A stretch of 64,000 nucleotides of DNA from the human T2T-CHM13v2.0 reference genome, Homo sapiens: assembly GCF_009914755.1 (NCBI RefSeq), contig NC_060930.1. The stretch is one strand, 5' to 3'. The notes beneath the pieces are model-generated. The model was not told the DNA's origin, did not search any database, and saw only the letters and a list, made by a program, of their open reading frames with translations. The translations under genes were made by a program, and so were the position numbers. Of this stretch, positions 1 through 12,904 are shown piece after piece. The number at the start of each line of letters is the position of its first letter. Within the stretch, counting starts at the first letter, position 1.

Positions 1-701
1 CAAGAGTGTCATTATGTCCTTATGTCTCAAATGCAATCTTGCCCCATCTGGATTCATGTTAGAAGAGGAAGCAGATAACAACTTTTCCTACTTCACACCT
101 GTGAGATCAGTAAATTTGACCACAGATTAGAAATTTTAAAATGAATAAAATTTTAAGTGGCACTTCTGATGCAGTGTATTTTATGACTTTTTTTTAAAGA
201 AATGTACTTGACCACCAATATATTATTTATAATTCAAAAAATCTGACTCAGAACAAGTTCTATTGTAACCTTATGCATCATCATTATCCTATTCTAGTAA
301 GTATAAGGGATAGAATTTCCTTACCGCTACTGAATGCTTGACTTCAATCTAAAACACTCTTAATTTGCATTAAATTAAAGGCCACTTAGAAAAATTTAGA
401 GAACACTTTTTTGTGTGTGCAGAAAACATTAATCAAGCAGTTTTCCTCTGATTTTTTTAACTGGAAATAGCTCATTTAAATATTATCCAAACTCTACTTC
501 TTTTAAAATAATTTTTTCTTAGTATTTTATTACTGGTATTAGTGTAGTCATCTTCTTTAGTGATGTTAAAGCATCAGGGTTAAAGGGCTAGAAATTTAGC
601 TTAAGACATAAATTAAAGGTGTGGGAATTATTTACTTTGGAGAAGAAAGAGATTAAGAAAATAAATGTTATTAAAACAAAATAAAAGGTAAACGCCATTT
701 T

Positions 702-999
702 ATTTTGTTTGTTTGTTTGTTTGTTTATATTACTTTAAGTTCTGGGATACGTGTGTAGAATGTGCAGGTTTGTTACATAGGTATACATGTGCCATGGTGG
801 TTTGCTGTACCTGTCAACCCATCATCTAAGTTTTAAGCCCTGCATGCATTAAGTATTTGTCCTAATGCTCTCCCTTCGCTTGCCCCCACCTCCCGACAGG
901 CCCTGGTGTGTAATGTTCCCCTCCCTCTGTCCATGTGTTCTCGTTGCTCAACTCCCACTTATGAGTGAAAACATGCAGTGTTTGGTTTTCTGTTCCTGT
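702..999 (-). mobile_element. 5'-truncated L1PA (L1PA7/8-like) 3' UTR fragment
   Basis: tactttaagttctgggatac...cccacttatgagtgaaaacatgc is the L1PA 3' end in reverse. Tail has decayed to (TTTG)n. Degenerate TSD ggtaaacgccatttt (687-701) / ggtaaacaccacttt (1000-1014). Confidence 0.92.
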
Positions 1000-1585
1000 G
1001 GTAAACACCACTTTAAATTATAGACAGATTTGGTGGATTAGAATAAAATAGTTGTTACTGTGTGTGTGTGTTTGTGTAAGAAAAGAGGTAAGTGTTTACT
1101 AGAAGATATTAGATGATCCCCTAGATGTTTATAATATAAGGAGTCTTTGCTAAGATCGCTTAAGTGTGACTCCGCCTTGAGGTATACATGTCGGCTAGAC
1201 CAGACCTGCCACTAGGACTCAAGCTGGGGAGAATTTTGAGCACTTTGTTGTCAGCACCATTTAGAAGACAATTTTTTTTATCAGCTTTATATTCTACAAT
1301 ATGTGTAGACATCACTGAATTTCAATCTCATTTGCAGCTGAATAAACAAACGGTAGGTATTTCCAGTTTTTTTTAAGCCCTCTTACTTAGAATTACCACT
1401 CATTCTCATATACTAAGATTATATCATTTATGTTTTTAAATAAATATCCAACCCCTCCCCAGACTATATAGGTATTTTGGGCTGATTATATAATATTATA
1501 TAATATATGCTGAGTTTTTATTTGAATCACTCTATGTTTTTGGAATAGAAAAAAATCTTAAATACAGGAACAGAGTTTTTATGTG

Positions 1586-1633
1586 AAAACTGCTAGGGGG
1601 AAAAAAAAATAAAAACTGCTAGGGGGAAAAAAA
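1586..1633. repeat. Tandem duplication, 26-bp period
   Basis: aaaactgctagggggaaaaaaa occurs at 1586-1607 and 1612-1633. Confidence 0.9.
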
Positions 1634-1899
1634 GCAAAAACAGTTGCTTTGCATTAATAAAAACATAAAGCCTCCTTTTTTATTATTTGTGATACAGCAC
1701 CAATTTATCTTACATAAATTAAACTCATATAACTAATAGTAATATAGGCTAGCTTGCATTAATTTTTTATATGCATTGCACTATGGTAGAAGTATTTAAA
1801 AAAGAGAAATATTCAAAGATGGAGTTACTAGCCTGAAGAATACAGGGGAACTCTATGTGGAGATCTAATTCTTGAAGTCTTATACCTGTAAGGTGGCAG

Positions 1900-2062
1900 A
1901 AAATAGGGGAGGCTGAAAGTCAGTGAACCCCAACTTCAGTTTCCACAATGTACAACTTACATATTGTATGGCTCAAAAATCTCTGGAGCAGCACTTTCTT
2001 TGCCTATAAAATGAAACTATTGAATCAAATGATCCCTAAGGTCACTTCTAAGCTTTATGAAT
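1900..2062 (+). mobile_element. MIR fragment
   Basis: ctataaaatg...aatgatccctaaggtcacttctaagct resembles the MIR core and 3' end. Confidence 0.5.
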
Positions 2063-3134
2063 ATATAGATTAAAACTTAGAAATAAGAATCCTAGGAAAG
2101 ATATAATCACAATACCCAAAACTAAGTAGAAATCTTAAAGAGCAAATAGTTTCAAATCATTTCCAACTATGTATCCTTATATGATATATGATGATTACTG
2201 ATGTGGTTATTATCTATTATTTGCATGAGAGAGTTTGGAGGAACATCTGACATTGGGGAACACCAACTCTGAAAATAAGGGAAATAAGATAGTCTTTTGG
2301 GAATTACACTGTTAAACTGACATGCTCAAGAGCCAAGAAATACAAAGTCAACTAAAAGAGAGCAAGTGACTCTCATGCCAGCAGGACTAGAATGTCACTT
2401 TTTGAATGTTTCAATATACCCAAAGCATGAACGTGTTGAACAGTAGTGGAATTAATCAGCCTTGGAAGAATAGAAAAAGAAGAGTTTGTGCACAAATGAT
2501 AGCAGAGCTCTTGCAAGCAGAGTCCAATGGGAAGTGAGGCTGAGTGATTTAGGTATTTCCATATCAATAGCAAGACCACTGTGAGCTGAATACATCAGGT
2601 TATCTTACCCTGATGCTATTAGACAGTCCATTCATTCAACTCCCCTTGTTCTGACTTCCTGCTCACCAAGCTACCTTCCGACCATAATCTAGCCTTTCAT
2701 GCATGTCTTCCTACTGAGAGAAAGTACACTGAGGATATCCACTTTGAATAAATATCTCCTGTTCCTAAAGCAGTGATTTTTTGTGGAGAATCAATATGGG
2801 TTTCTGATTATGATTTGGCTTCCCATGTGCTGGATCACAGGGAAGAGATTGTGCCAGTGTGACTATTCTAATCTAGATATTGTTTCTTATGGTAAATTAA
2901 TAAATACATGCCCTAGTCTCATATGCCATTTAGAACATAAATCAGCACTTAGGGCAGGAAAAAGCCATGGATGCCAAGAAATGTCTGGTCCTTCAAAGCA
3001 GAGGGTCAAATTTACAGATGGGGCAGTTAATAAAAGCGCTACCTAGTGAGTTCTTACCTTCATCAAGCTAACCTTTCCTTACATGACACTCTATTCCTCA
3101 ACCTATAATAAATATTCAATTTCTTTTTTTCATT

Positions 3135-3255
3135 CCCACATGAATGCAAGATTCAGAAAGGCAAAGGCTTGGTTGCCTTCATCACTCTTTGTCTAGTGCT
3201 TAGTACCCTGCCTGAAACCTAGAAGATGCCATTAAATATATGTGGAATAATGAAG
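3135..3255 (+). mobile_element. L2 3' end fragment
   Basis: tctagtgcttagtaccctgcctg...attaaatatatgtggaataatgaa resembles the L2 terminus. Confidence 0.6.
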
Positions 3256-3394
3256 CTTATTCACACTAGCTACCATTTCAGTCTTTCAACTTCATTGCTA
3301 TAGTAATTTTAAGCAAGTAACCACAATTCACATTCCAGTAAAATGATCAGGTCATTTCAGCCTGAGTACCTTAATTCTCAAATCCTACACCTCA

Positions 3395-3754
<360 letters not shown>

Positions 3755-4619
3755 TTAATCATCCACCCATATCCTTTGTCATATCTCTATTTTTCCTTAG
3801 TCAACCATTTTTCTTTATATCTTAAATCTCTTAGTCTCTATAGAACTTTCTCCTTAGTTTACATGCTCAAGTATCTTGTAAACTCACAAAATAATTCCCT
3901 GCATGTGAATATTATTTTAATCCCTTCTCTCTTTTCCAAAGCCTTCAATCTCTGAAACACAGCTCTTCCCCAAGGCTGGATGGTTGTCTTTATTCACTCC
4001 TCACTCTACTCTTTCCTTTAATGAAGATGTTGGTCCCAAAGACCCCCCCAATTTCTTCTCTGGCCCCTCCATTCCTCCTGAAGTCAGATTTGCATTTCTA
4101 ACAGCCTCCTGAAAATCTGAGAGTATGTCACAGAGATATAGCTCAGAACCTCACATATAGCGTGTCCACAGCTGCCTTCTTTCAAAAACTGCTCTTCGTT
4201 TCATTCCCTAATTTGGTAAAGAATAACATCATTTTATCATTTGCTTAGTTTAGAAAATGTGAAGATTTTCCCTTTTTACAAAGCACCTTGAAGTCAGGGC
4301 CTCTATCACACTCACAGTTGTTTACGGTGCTGAACAGTGTCTTCGGTCCATCTTCAATTGATTGAATTGATTAAAAGAATTGTTTTAAAATTCCATTTCA
4401 TTTATCTGTTGGATTTCTGCCTTCTACTCCTTCGCACTAATTTCTATACTTGTTTCTGCCTATATATGTATTTGTTACTTTTCACAGTCTGTCATGTATC
4501 ACGTCACATAAAACGTTATCTTACATCCATAAAGATCCATTGCCCATATATCCCCCTTTATAAAATAGATACCATGTGTATTTTAGTTACACATGTTACA
4601 AGCCTCAAAACACAATTTT

Positions 4620-5345
4620 AAAATTTGACTTAAAAATCATAAACTATTTAGAAAAATTTCAGCTACTGAGCAAAGCGCAATATTTGATTTGTAGTTTGAT
4701 GCCAACAAAGTTAATTGTGTACTAAAACTAACAAGCAAATTTAAAAAATACTCTTCAGAATACGATAACAGAATCCTGAGTCTCTACAATATAAAAATGA
4801 CAATATCAAGGTAAAGTCCTTAATAAATGCACATACAAAGATTTCGGAAAATATGACTCATTCTTAACAGAAAAACAAGCAACCAAAATCAGTCCTGTAG
4901 TAACTCACATTTTGGAACTAGCATACAGGATTTTAAAGCAGTTCTTATAAACATGCTTAATGATGGGAATGAAAATATGCTCAGAATAAAATAAAAGATA
5001 TAAAATTTTAGCCATTATTTCTTCAAATATTTTTTCTGACCCTTTCTGTCTTTCCTCTTCTTTTGGGATTGCAATTACATAGATATTACACCTTTTGATA
5101 TTGTCCTACAGATTCCTGAAATAATGGTCATTTTTATATTTTAATTATTTCTGTTCAGATTGAATGCTTTGCATTAGTCTCTTTTCATGTTCAATGACTT
5201 GTTTCTCTGCCATCTTCAATCTGCTATTGTGTTCAGTAATTTTTTTTGGATATTACGGTTGTAGTTCCAGAATTTTAATTTCTCTTATAGTTTCTACTAC
5301 TCTGCTAAAATTTTCTAAATATGCCACATACACAGTAGCTCAAAT
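4620..5345 (+). mobile_element. Ancient L1M (L1ME-like) 5'/ORF1 fragment with internal inversion of 5013-5303
   Basis: A-rich L1M ORF1-like sequence on + to 5012, T-rich ORF1-like sequence in reverse from 5013 to 5303, then + again (gctaaaattttctaaat). Confidence 0.75.
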
Positions 5346-5349
5346 CCCC

Positions 5350-5705
5350 ATTTGTTTTTTTAATTCTTAATTCTGCTGCTTAGAGTTTTTTCTGTGCATG
5401 TGGGTATAATTTGGGGATATTTCTCTATAGCTGTCTCCTTTTTCTTTTGTATTCTTCCCTTACTTCTCAACACCTGTAGTTTCCCCAAACTCTATCCTCT
5501 TCTTCTGGCTGGAAACTCTGCATGTTTTATACACTACATGCAGCATTCCCTTCTTGTAAGTGTCATCTCCTCCACTTTCTGCCTGTGTTTGTTCCCTGTT
5601 CAATGCCTTCAGGCTTTTTGCATTTCACCTAAAGTTTATAGTTGTTATTTGCAGGAAGTGTTGGTCTGGCAGTAGCTCACTTGGCCATATGAGAAGCTGA
5701 AATCT
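5350..5705 (-). mobile_element. Ancient L1ME 5' end fragment
   Basis: gtttatagttgttatttgcaggaagtgttggtctg...agaagctgaaatc resembles the reverse of an L1ME 5' terminus. Confidence 0.55.
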
Positions 5706-5763
5706 ATTGATAATTTTTTAATTTAAAGTATTTTATACTACTTTTGTTTTGTTCTTATTATTT

Positions 5764-5776
5764 TTTTCTTTTTTCT

Positions 5777-5809
<33 letters not shown>

Positions 5810-6047
5810 TTTGTGAGCTCTGTCACCCACCCTGGAGTGCAGTGGTGCGATCTCGGCTCACTGAAAGCTCCGCCTCCCAGGTTCACGCCATTCTCCTGCC
5901 TCAGCCTCCCGAGTAGCTGGGACTACAGCCGCCCGCCACCACGCCCGGCTAATTTTTTGTATTTTTAGTAGAGACGGGGTTTCACCCTGTTAGCCAGGAT
6001 GGTCTTGATCTCCTGACCTCGTGATCTACCCGCCTCGGCCTCCCAAA
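5764..6047 (-). mobile_element. AluY, 5'-truncated
   Basis: AluY diagnostics (aagctccgcc, ttcacgccattc, ttagccaggatgg). Ends at ctcccaaa. Perfect 14-bp TSD tgttcttattattt at 5750-5763 and 6048-6061. Confidence 0.96.
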
Positions 6048-6229
6048 TGTTCTTATTATTTCTATAATATATTCTCTGCTGCCATCTTTCTGGGTAAAAC
6101 TTTTCTTACTCCATGTTGAAATTTATTGAAGCCCCTTGCTTGCCATCCCGCATAGCACTGATAGTGCTATGCATACATAGCTCTGTATCTTGACATATGC
6201 GTGGTTATCCTATTTCCTAAAGATTGTAT

Positions 6230-7000
6230 AAAAGAATGACTCCAGTCATGATATGCCCTTCCTCAGAAGTGTTCAACAGCTCTCTGCTTCCTAAACAATA
6301 AAGTCCCAGAAATGTGTTATAATGGAAGAAGACAGCCTTTGGAGCCAGGTTAGTTTGAGTTCAAGATCTGTCACTGACCAGCTTTATAAACTTAGGCAAG
6401 ATGTTTATCTGAATATTAGTTTTATTATTTGTTAAATAGGGAGAATAATATCTGTCTCAAAGAATCATTGTAAGAATTGATAGATAAGTTACAAATAGTT
6501 GCTCTTTTAGGGCTTAGTACTTAGTGCTCAGCAACTGGTAGCTGTTTTAAAATAAGGGACATAAAAACAACAGCTCTTTCTCCGAGATTCAAAGTCTTCC
6601 TTCATCTGGTTCCAAATCAGTTTTCTATCTATTCTCGCATTTTTCTTATTCATCAACACCATTCAAATCACACTGTTCTCTAAAACCCATGCATGTCTCA
6701 TGCTTGCCCATGACAATGGCCTTGCTCAAATCATTCTTTCTTTTTCTTGTTTCTGCTTGATGAATTTCTAAATATTCCTCAAGGACCAGCTTAAATAGCA
6801 TATCCACAAAGAATCCTTCTATGATCTTCCTTCCTTGTAAAATTCTTTAGCAAAGTTTTACCTGTTTATGCATCTATCAGGTTCCAGCTCATATTATGGT
6901 ATTTCCTAGGCATACATTAGCTGCCTTATTTGCTGAATTATCAGCTCCTTCAGTGCAAGGACTCACTCATATCCAATATGCTTGCTGTATGAATGGACAA
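6230..7000 (+). mobile_element. L2 fragment interrupted by a MIR
   Basis: L2-like ttcctcagaagtgttcaacagctc...aataaagtccc, resuming about 6570 with ttcctcaaggaccagcttaaat...agctccttcagtgcaaggact. Confidence 0.55.
6311..6550 (+). mobile_element. MIR
   Basis: tttggagccagg...ttaggcaag...aaatagggagaataata...ttgtaagaatt follows the MIR layout. Confidence 0.7.
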
Positions 7001-7516
7001 ATACACTGCTTATAAAAATCGTGACTGGGATTATGAATTCTAAAACCTTACTGTGGTCAGACAAATAGTTACTACCATAGCTCTCTATGATTTGAGTATT
7101 ACGTATTAGAAGCATTGTATAGAGGTAACATATTAATTAAAATTAGTTTGATAAAATATTATTTTTTTCATTTTTATAACTAGGAATAATTCAAATAACC
7201 AGTTGAATCTAGACCGTCAAAGATAGAATTCTAAGGGATACCTGGGCTTGCTTAAGGAACAGTTTAATTTAGACAGCTTTGGAGTGAGAAAGGCAGGTGA
7301 AGCAATTGTTTTTTGCAGTTGCACAAATGAATACAAAAGCGATATTTTATTCAAAAATAAACGCTCTGTTTAATACAATGCAATTTCTGTGCAAATTTAT
7401 AATAGCAATAGCAACTGTTCTAAAATCACTAATTCTATAATAATTTTTAGTTAACCACTCTGGTAGTAAGCTTATTTATACCTTATTTTGAATTACTTGA
7501 ATAAAGAACAAATTCT

Positions 7517-7825
<309 letters not shown>

Positions 7826-9147
7826 ATTCTGTTTTGCATTTTTCTACAAATGACTTTCTTACATTCATATTTAGATACCTGAAAGTTCCTGCTAGTATAG
7901 TTTGCTTTGTAAGGTTGTTCTCCAAATGAAAAGAGCCATTACATCTAAAATCCTCTTAATGATGGACCTAAATTTTGAATGGAACAATATATGCTACAGT
8001 TCTAAAAGACAAAGATATTTAGCAGGAGAAACTTACCGGCAATGAGAACCATATTCATAGATTATTTTAATGCCTTTATGAGTGAGATGAAAAATAGTTA
8101 ATGGAAAGATAGTTTTGAGATTGTGGCATGTCAAGAAGGTATCTCATTAAATATGGAAGGAGGCAGACATAAAAGAGGTTCATATGTTATATTCACAAAC
8201 CATTTCTTCTCAATAGTTTGTTTTGGCATTATTAACATGATAATCCTCTTCTGGGCCAGGTGTTTCTGTGTAAATGAGTTTTTTATATAAGACACCAGTT
8301 TCCTTTGGATGAATTTAAAATAAGACACTAAATCTAAGGTTTCCACAAAATTGAAAAAAAAAATCACTCTCCTCCCAAAAGTTCCTGGAAACATTTCCAC
8401 ATTAATCATCATATTTAAGGAAGAGAATTACATTACATAATTAGAACATGAAGACCAAATTATTTTCAATTTGTTTCATTACCTAAGAATCAAAGAGACA
8501 TAATAGGTATGTGATTTCAGGGGGAAAAAATGCATTTCCTTAGCTTTGCAAAGATGCTCAGCCTATGTCATGGAAGCATGATAGTTAAAATGGAAAAGGA
8601 AGTTTTCTATTAAATATTTTTCTATGATCCTTGGAGGCCAATAGGATTACTTGGAGCCGGTAGGTAAAGGAATGGCTTTCACTAATTCTGAGAGATATCA
8701 CATTCCTAAGTCTCAAATATATTTGTTGAAAAACTATAAAATAATAAAATATTTTATTTTAACAGATGGCCTCTGAAACAAATTTAATAGATATTAAAGC
8801 ATTCAGTCCTTTGACCTGGCAATTTCATTTCACTTGAAGAAAAAACAAAAGTTATAAAACAAGTATTTGTGCTCAGAAACTAGAATACTTACATGTTTGT
8901 AAAGTCCTGCCCTTTTACAGAGCCCAGTTCTCTGAAAAGCCACTACTCTGGTGATGACAGCATCATAGAGATGCTAAGATCATGACAAATGATTTGGCTA
9001 GGGGAACAAGGAATCTTTGAATTATACCTTCTACACTTGCCATATAAAAATAATTAGTAATGTAATCATTACAAAAATATGTAATGATTATCAGTGTCTC
9101 CTATTTCCTTTTAGATGAAAAACTATCTTTCTGTTAGAACTAGAAAT

Positions 9148-9330
9148 CAGTGTGACATCATTGAAGAACACATGGCTATGGAGTTAGACTTGATTTTAAA
9201 TTTTAGCTCTGCCGCTTATTTGCAATGTAGCCTTACATTTCTTAATATCTTTGTGCCATGGGTTCCTCACCTGCTTGTTGTGAGGATTAAATAAGACAGT
9301 GCCTGGTACCTATCAGGTACTCAAATACAA
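9148..9330 (+). mobile_element. MIR
   Basis: tggagttagac...agctctgccgctta...ttcctcacctg...gttgtgaggattaaataaga. Confidence 0.7.
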
Positions 9331-9659
9331 CATGTTAAATTAGTAAATTATGTTTTAAAGCTACCTGGCTCATTATAGATGCCTGTAAATATCAGAGTCC
9401 TTTCCCTTTGATGTAACTGACATAGAACAGAAACAGATGCACAGTTCCATAGACCCAGATGATTTCTGTAGCTTTCTGATTTTTCTCTGGTCCATGAGGT
9501 GTGCTTTTTAGATAAGTATTACTTCTTTAGTGTTTATTGCACCATCTTTACTCTTCAAATGATGCAGGCAAAATTCACATACAGGGTAATCTTATTTTTC
9601 CAAAAATTCTAACATACTTGTATTTTTATTTTGGTTTACAAACCTCATCTATGCAAGTA

Positions 9660-9800
9660 ATCATAGTTTATGTATTGTGTATGATTTTTAGACAAAACAT
9701 TTGCTCCATTTTACAAATGAGAAAAACTGAAGCTCACACGATGAACACAGCTATTCAATGGCAAGGACTTCTTTTATGACTCTAGATACAATGCTAACTT
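9660..9800 (-). mobile_element. MIR fragment
   Basis: ccattttacaaatgagaaaactgaagctca is the MIR core in reverse. Confidence 0.65.
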
Positions 9801-10344
9801 CAACCATATGCTAACTTCAAATTCCCACTGTTTTAGGAATTACCAGAGATTGTCAGAAGTGGCTTTCATTGTTATATGATTGTAGAGTATGAGACCCAAT
9901 AAATCCATTACACACAATTTAACATTGGCTATTAATGTAACACTAGTACCTTTCATAAGCTAAGGTTAGGGTTTAAAGATTACACTGTCCGTTGGCCTGT
10001 CTCATATGGAACACTAAGCTTTTTAACAGTGTGTATGGTCAGGATAAATTTATTAGTTCCTAATAAAATAACAAGCTCAAAAGCTTGGAGGGGTTTTCAC
10101 AGAGTAAGAATAAATGAGCACAGCCTACCCAAGCTAAAAAGATATTCTCTTAACTCCTGCTAAAGAAAACTTGCAACAATTTGCCAGAGGGAACAAAAAC
10201 AAGATTAGAAACTGTCTCCACAGAAGTAGTAAACTTCAAAATCTTGACACAATAAATAGGCAATACTTAGGGTTGCTATTTAAAGTAAAAGTTGCTTTTT
10301 TCTCTCTCACTCACTACAAATCCTGTTTGTGTGTTAGTCCTAAA

Positions 10345-10524
10345 CAGTGATTCTCAGCTTTGGCTGCACATTGGAATCACCTGGGGACCTTTAAGAACGT
10401 AGCGAGGCCTGAGTCTCATTCCCAGAGATTCTGACTCAATTGGTAAGGAATACTACTGGGCAGCAGCAGTTTAACAAAGCTGTTTAGGTAATTCTAACAT
10501 GTATCCAAGGTAGAAAAACCACTA
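10345..10524. mobile_element. MER5A (hAT-Charlie MITE)
   Basis: cagtgattctca...tggctgcacattggaatcacctgggga...cccagagattctga...aaaaccacta; about 180 bp with degenerate terminal inverted repeats. Confidence 0.88.
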
Positions 10525-10649
10525 CTCTAAGGCAATTTATTTGGGACTACGCTGATGGAATTTCAGCTTCATAGGATACTAATATTTATAAAGTATACAC
10601 TGCATTTCTGGAATTATACTAAGTGCCTTCCGTAGTGTATCAAGACACT

Positions 10650-10960
10650 TTGGGTTAACTGTCTTGGACAAAATGTAATTTATTGACTCTTGTAACTAAA
10701 AAGTCTGGGGGATACAGCACAGCTGAATTCAGTCTTTCTTCTCTCCTACTCTTGGTTTCAACATTGCCTCCATTCTAAGACTAGGTGTCTTTTCAGAGTC
10801 AGAAAATAAGTCAGCAACTCCAGACCCTACATTCTCCTCACATTCAAATCCATAAAAGGAGAGCTAGGGTTTCTTTCTCAGACTCTGGCCAAAAGTGTCA
10901 TGTGGCTCTGCTCAGGTCAGAGACTGTCTGTGATCCCTGAGCTGGGCTGAAGCTGTCATT
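10650..10960 (-). mobile_element. Old MLT1 (J/K-like) LTR fragment
   Basis: aatttattgactcttgtaactaaaaagtct...gcacagctgaattcag resembles old MLT1; highly diverged. Confidence 0.4.
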
Positions 10961-11311
10961 TGTCCCCAGGCCTGTCCAATTACAGGGTCCATGCACCTTT
11001 TAACGCCTCCAAGGAAAGATTACCAGTTTGATTGGAAGAAAATGTTTCTCTCCCAATAGAGAATTTGACAAATTTAACTATCTCTAAATAAGAGTTTTCT
11101 TACCTTTGAAAATCTCTCCCAACTCTGCAGCTGGAGGCACTTCCTTTCCTCACTGCTTTGGATCTAGTTGTCCTTCCCTCCCCTTGCAATACAACCAGTT
11201 TTCTCCAAGGCAGGCCAGGCCTGTGTCCCAGGCTGGGAATCTCAGTGACAAAAATCTATATATTCCTTGGTTCTGAATGTGAATAATTAATCTCACATTT
11301 AAGTTTTATAA

Positions 11312-12517
11312 TGCCTAATTTTCTGTGCCTGCTATAACAAATTACCATGCACTTTGTGGCTTAAAAGGACATAAACTTTTTCTCTCACAATTCTAGAGGT
11401 CAGAAGTTCAAACCAAGGTATGTGCAGAGGCATGATCCCTCTAGGACTTTAGGGAAGAATCCTTCCTTGCTTCTTCTAGCTTTGATGGCTCCAAGAATTC
11501 CTTTAGTCTTGGCACAGTTCCGATCTCTGCCTCCATCTTTGCATGGCTTTCTCTTTGTGTCTTCTCTTCTTCCGGTTTTTATAAGAATACTTACCACTGG
11601 ATGCAGACCCTATGTGAAAAATTCAGTGGGAGAGTTCCCTCACAGGATATGCGACAGGGGTGTGACTCACCTATTCATCTGCTTGCCTCAGCTGCTCAAA
11701 CTCCTTGTAGGAGGTGCAGAGACCAGGTCAAGTGCTTTGGTCTCCATCCCCGTAGTAGTGTCTAGGGGTGGATGCCTGCAGCCCCAGTGTTACAATGCTC
11801 TCTTAGCCTTGCTGTCAGCAGACAGCTTTAAGAGTTAACTAGCTCAGTGGGCACTCTGCCTTTTTGCAAGGGCAGAGGGCCAGTGTGACAGCTTTCTGTA
11901 TCCCAAGTTACTGCCCAGCGTCTGGGAAGAATTGGATCACATTCGGGCTTAAAGGATGAATGCGAGATATTATTGAGTAGTAGAGGTGGCTCTCAGCAGG
12001 GTGGATGGGGAGCTGGAAGGGGAGATGGAGTGGGAAGATGGTCTTCCCCCGGAGTTGAGCCATCCAGCAGCCAAACTCCTCTCCGACAACCCCCAGCTGA
12101 AATTCTATCAGCATTCAGATGTTTCTCCTCTTCTCTCTTTCTCTGCCGCATCGCTCTGCTGTTCATCTGCTTATCTCATCTCCTCATCTGCTGGCCTGCT
12201 CTGGAGCCTGGAGTTCAGGGTTTATATGGGTACAGGATAGGGGGTGTGGTGGACCAAAAGGCAACTTTTTGGTGTGAAAACAGGAATGCCTGTACTCATT
12301 TTGGGCCACAGGTATCCAGGCTTGAGGATGGGGCTTTTGCCGGGTAACTGCCCTCTTCTACCCAGCATTTCCCTGCCTCCTGTCTGTATCAATCTCACCT
12401 TGAGATCCTTAACTTAATTACATATGCAAAGACCCTTTTTTCTAAGTAAAATCACATTCACGGGTTCTGGGATTCAATTATGGAGATAATTGGGGAGGCA
12501 TCATTCAACCCACTGTA
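11312..12517 (-). mobile_element. MLT1C-like MaLR solo LTR split by an ERV1 LTR
   Basis: gctataacaaattacca...tctcacaattctagaggtcagaagttc (11312-11626) resumes as atctcaccttgagatccttaacttaattaca...ttcaacccactgta (12392-12517). Confidence 0.85.
11627..12391 (-). mobile_element. ERV1 solo LTR, LTR1 (HUERS-P2)/MER52-related
   Basis: Minus strand begins TGATACAGACAGGAGGCAGGGAAATGCTGGGTAGAAGAGGGCAG; about 765 bp, GC-rich, TATAAA at 12226-12221. Subfamily from memory. Confidence 0.8.
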
Positions 12518-12904
12518 ATACTCATTGCCCTTTAGTTTCTGACCATTTTATCTTAAATATATTTTAAGTGATATCATTCACCTCAGAACTATTCTTTGAC
12601 TCATCACATGTATGATGGGGCTGCAAAGGAAAGACCACAGTGGACATTTCATTTGTAAAGAAAAGGAATACTAAATTATGAGAGCAGGAAACTCTCTATG
12701 CATGTGTGGCTTATCAGTAGAAAACTAAAATTAATTTCTTAGGGCACAACACCTAGTATTGAACTTAAAAATGTAAGTATGAAAATAAACAGAAAAGAAA
12801 AGGCATAGTTCCACAGATCTTAAAGTTGTAGGGAAAGATGACCATTTGTAATAACAAGTACAGTTAGTTGTAGAAAATTTGAAGATGCAAGCATAGTATG
12901 AAAT

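Noticed and set aside
6150-6172. Hairpin gcatagcact-gat-agtgctatgc (10-bp stem)
   Set aside because: Real, but about one such stem is expected by chance in 64 kb once loop length is allowed to vary.
8030-8040. Strong minus-strand donor CCG|GTAAGT suggesting an antisense exon
   Set aside because: Isolated motif with no supporting acceptor, ORF or promoter.
11422-12347. 138-aa and 124-aa ORFs
   Set aside because: They lie in or across LTR sequence, with no recognisable domain or splice context.
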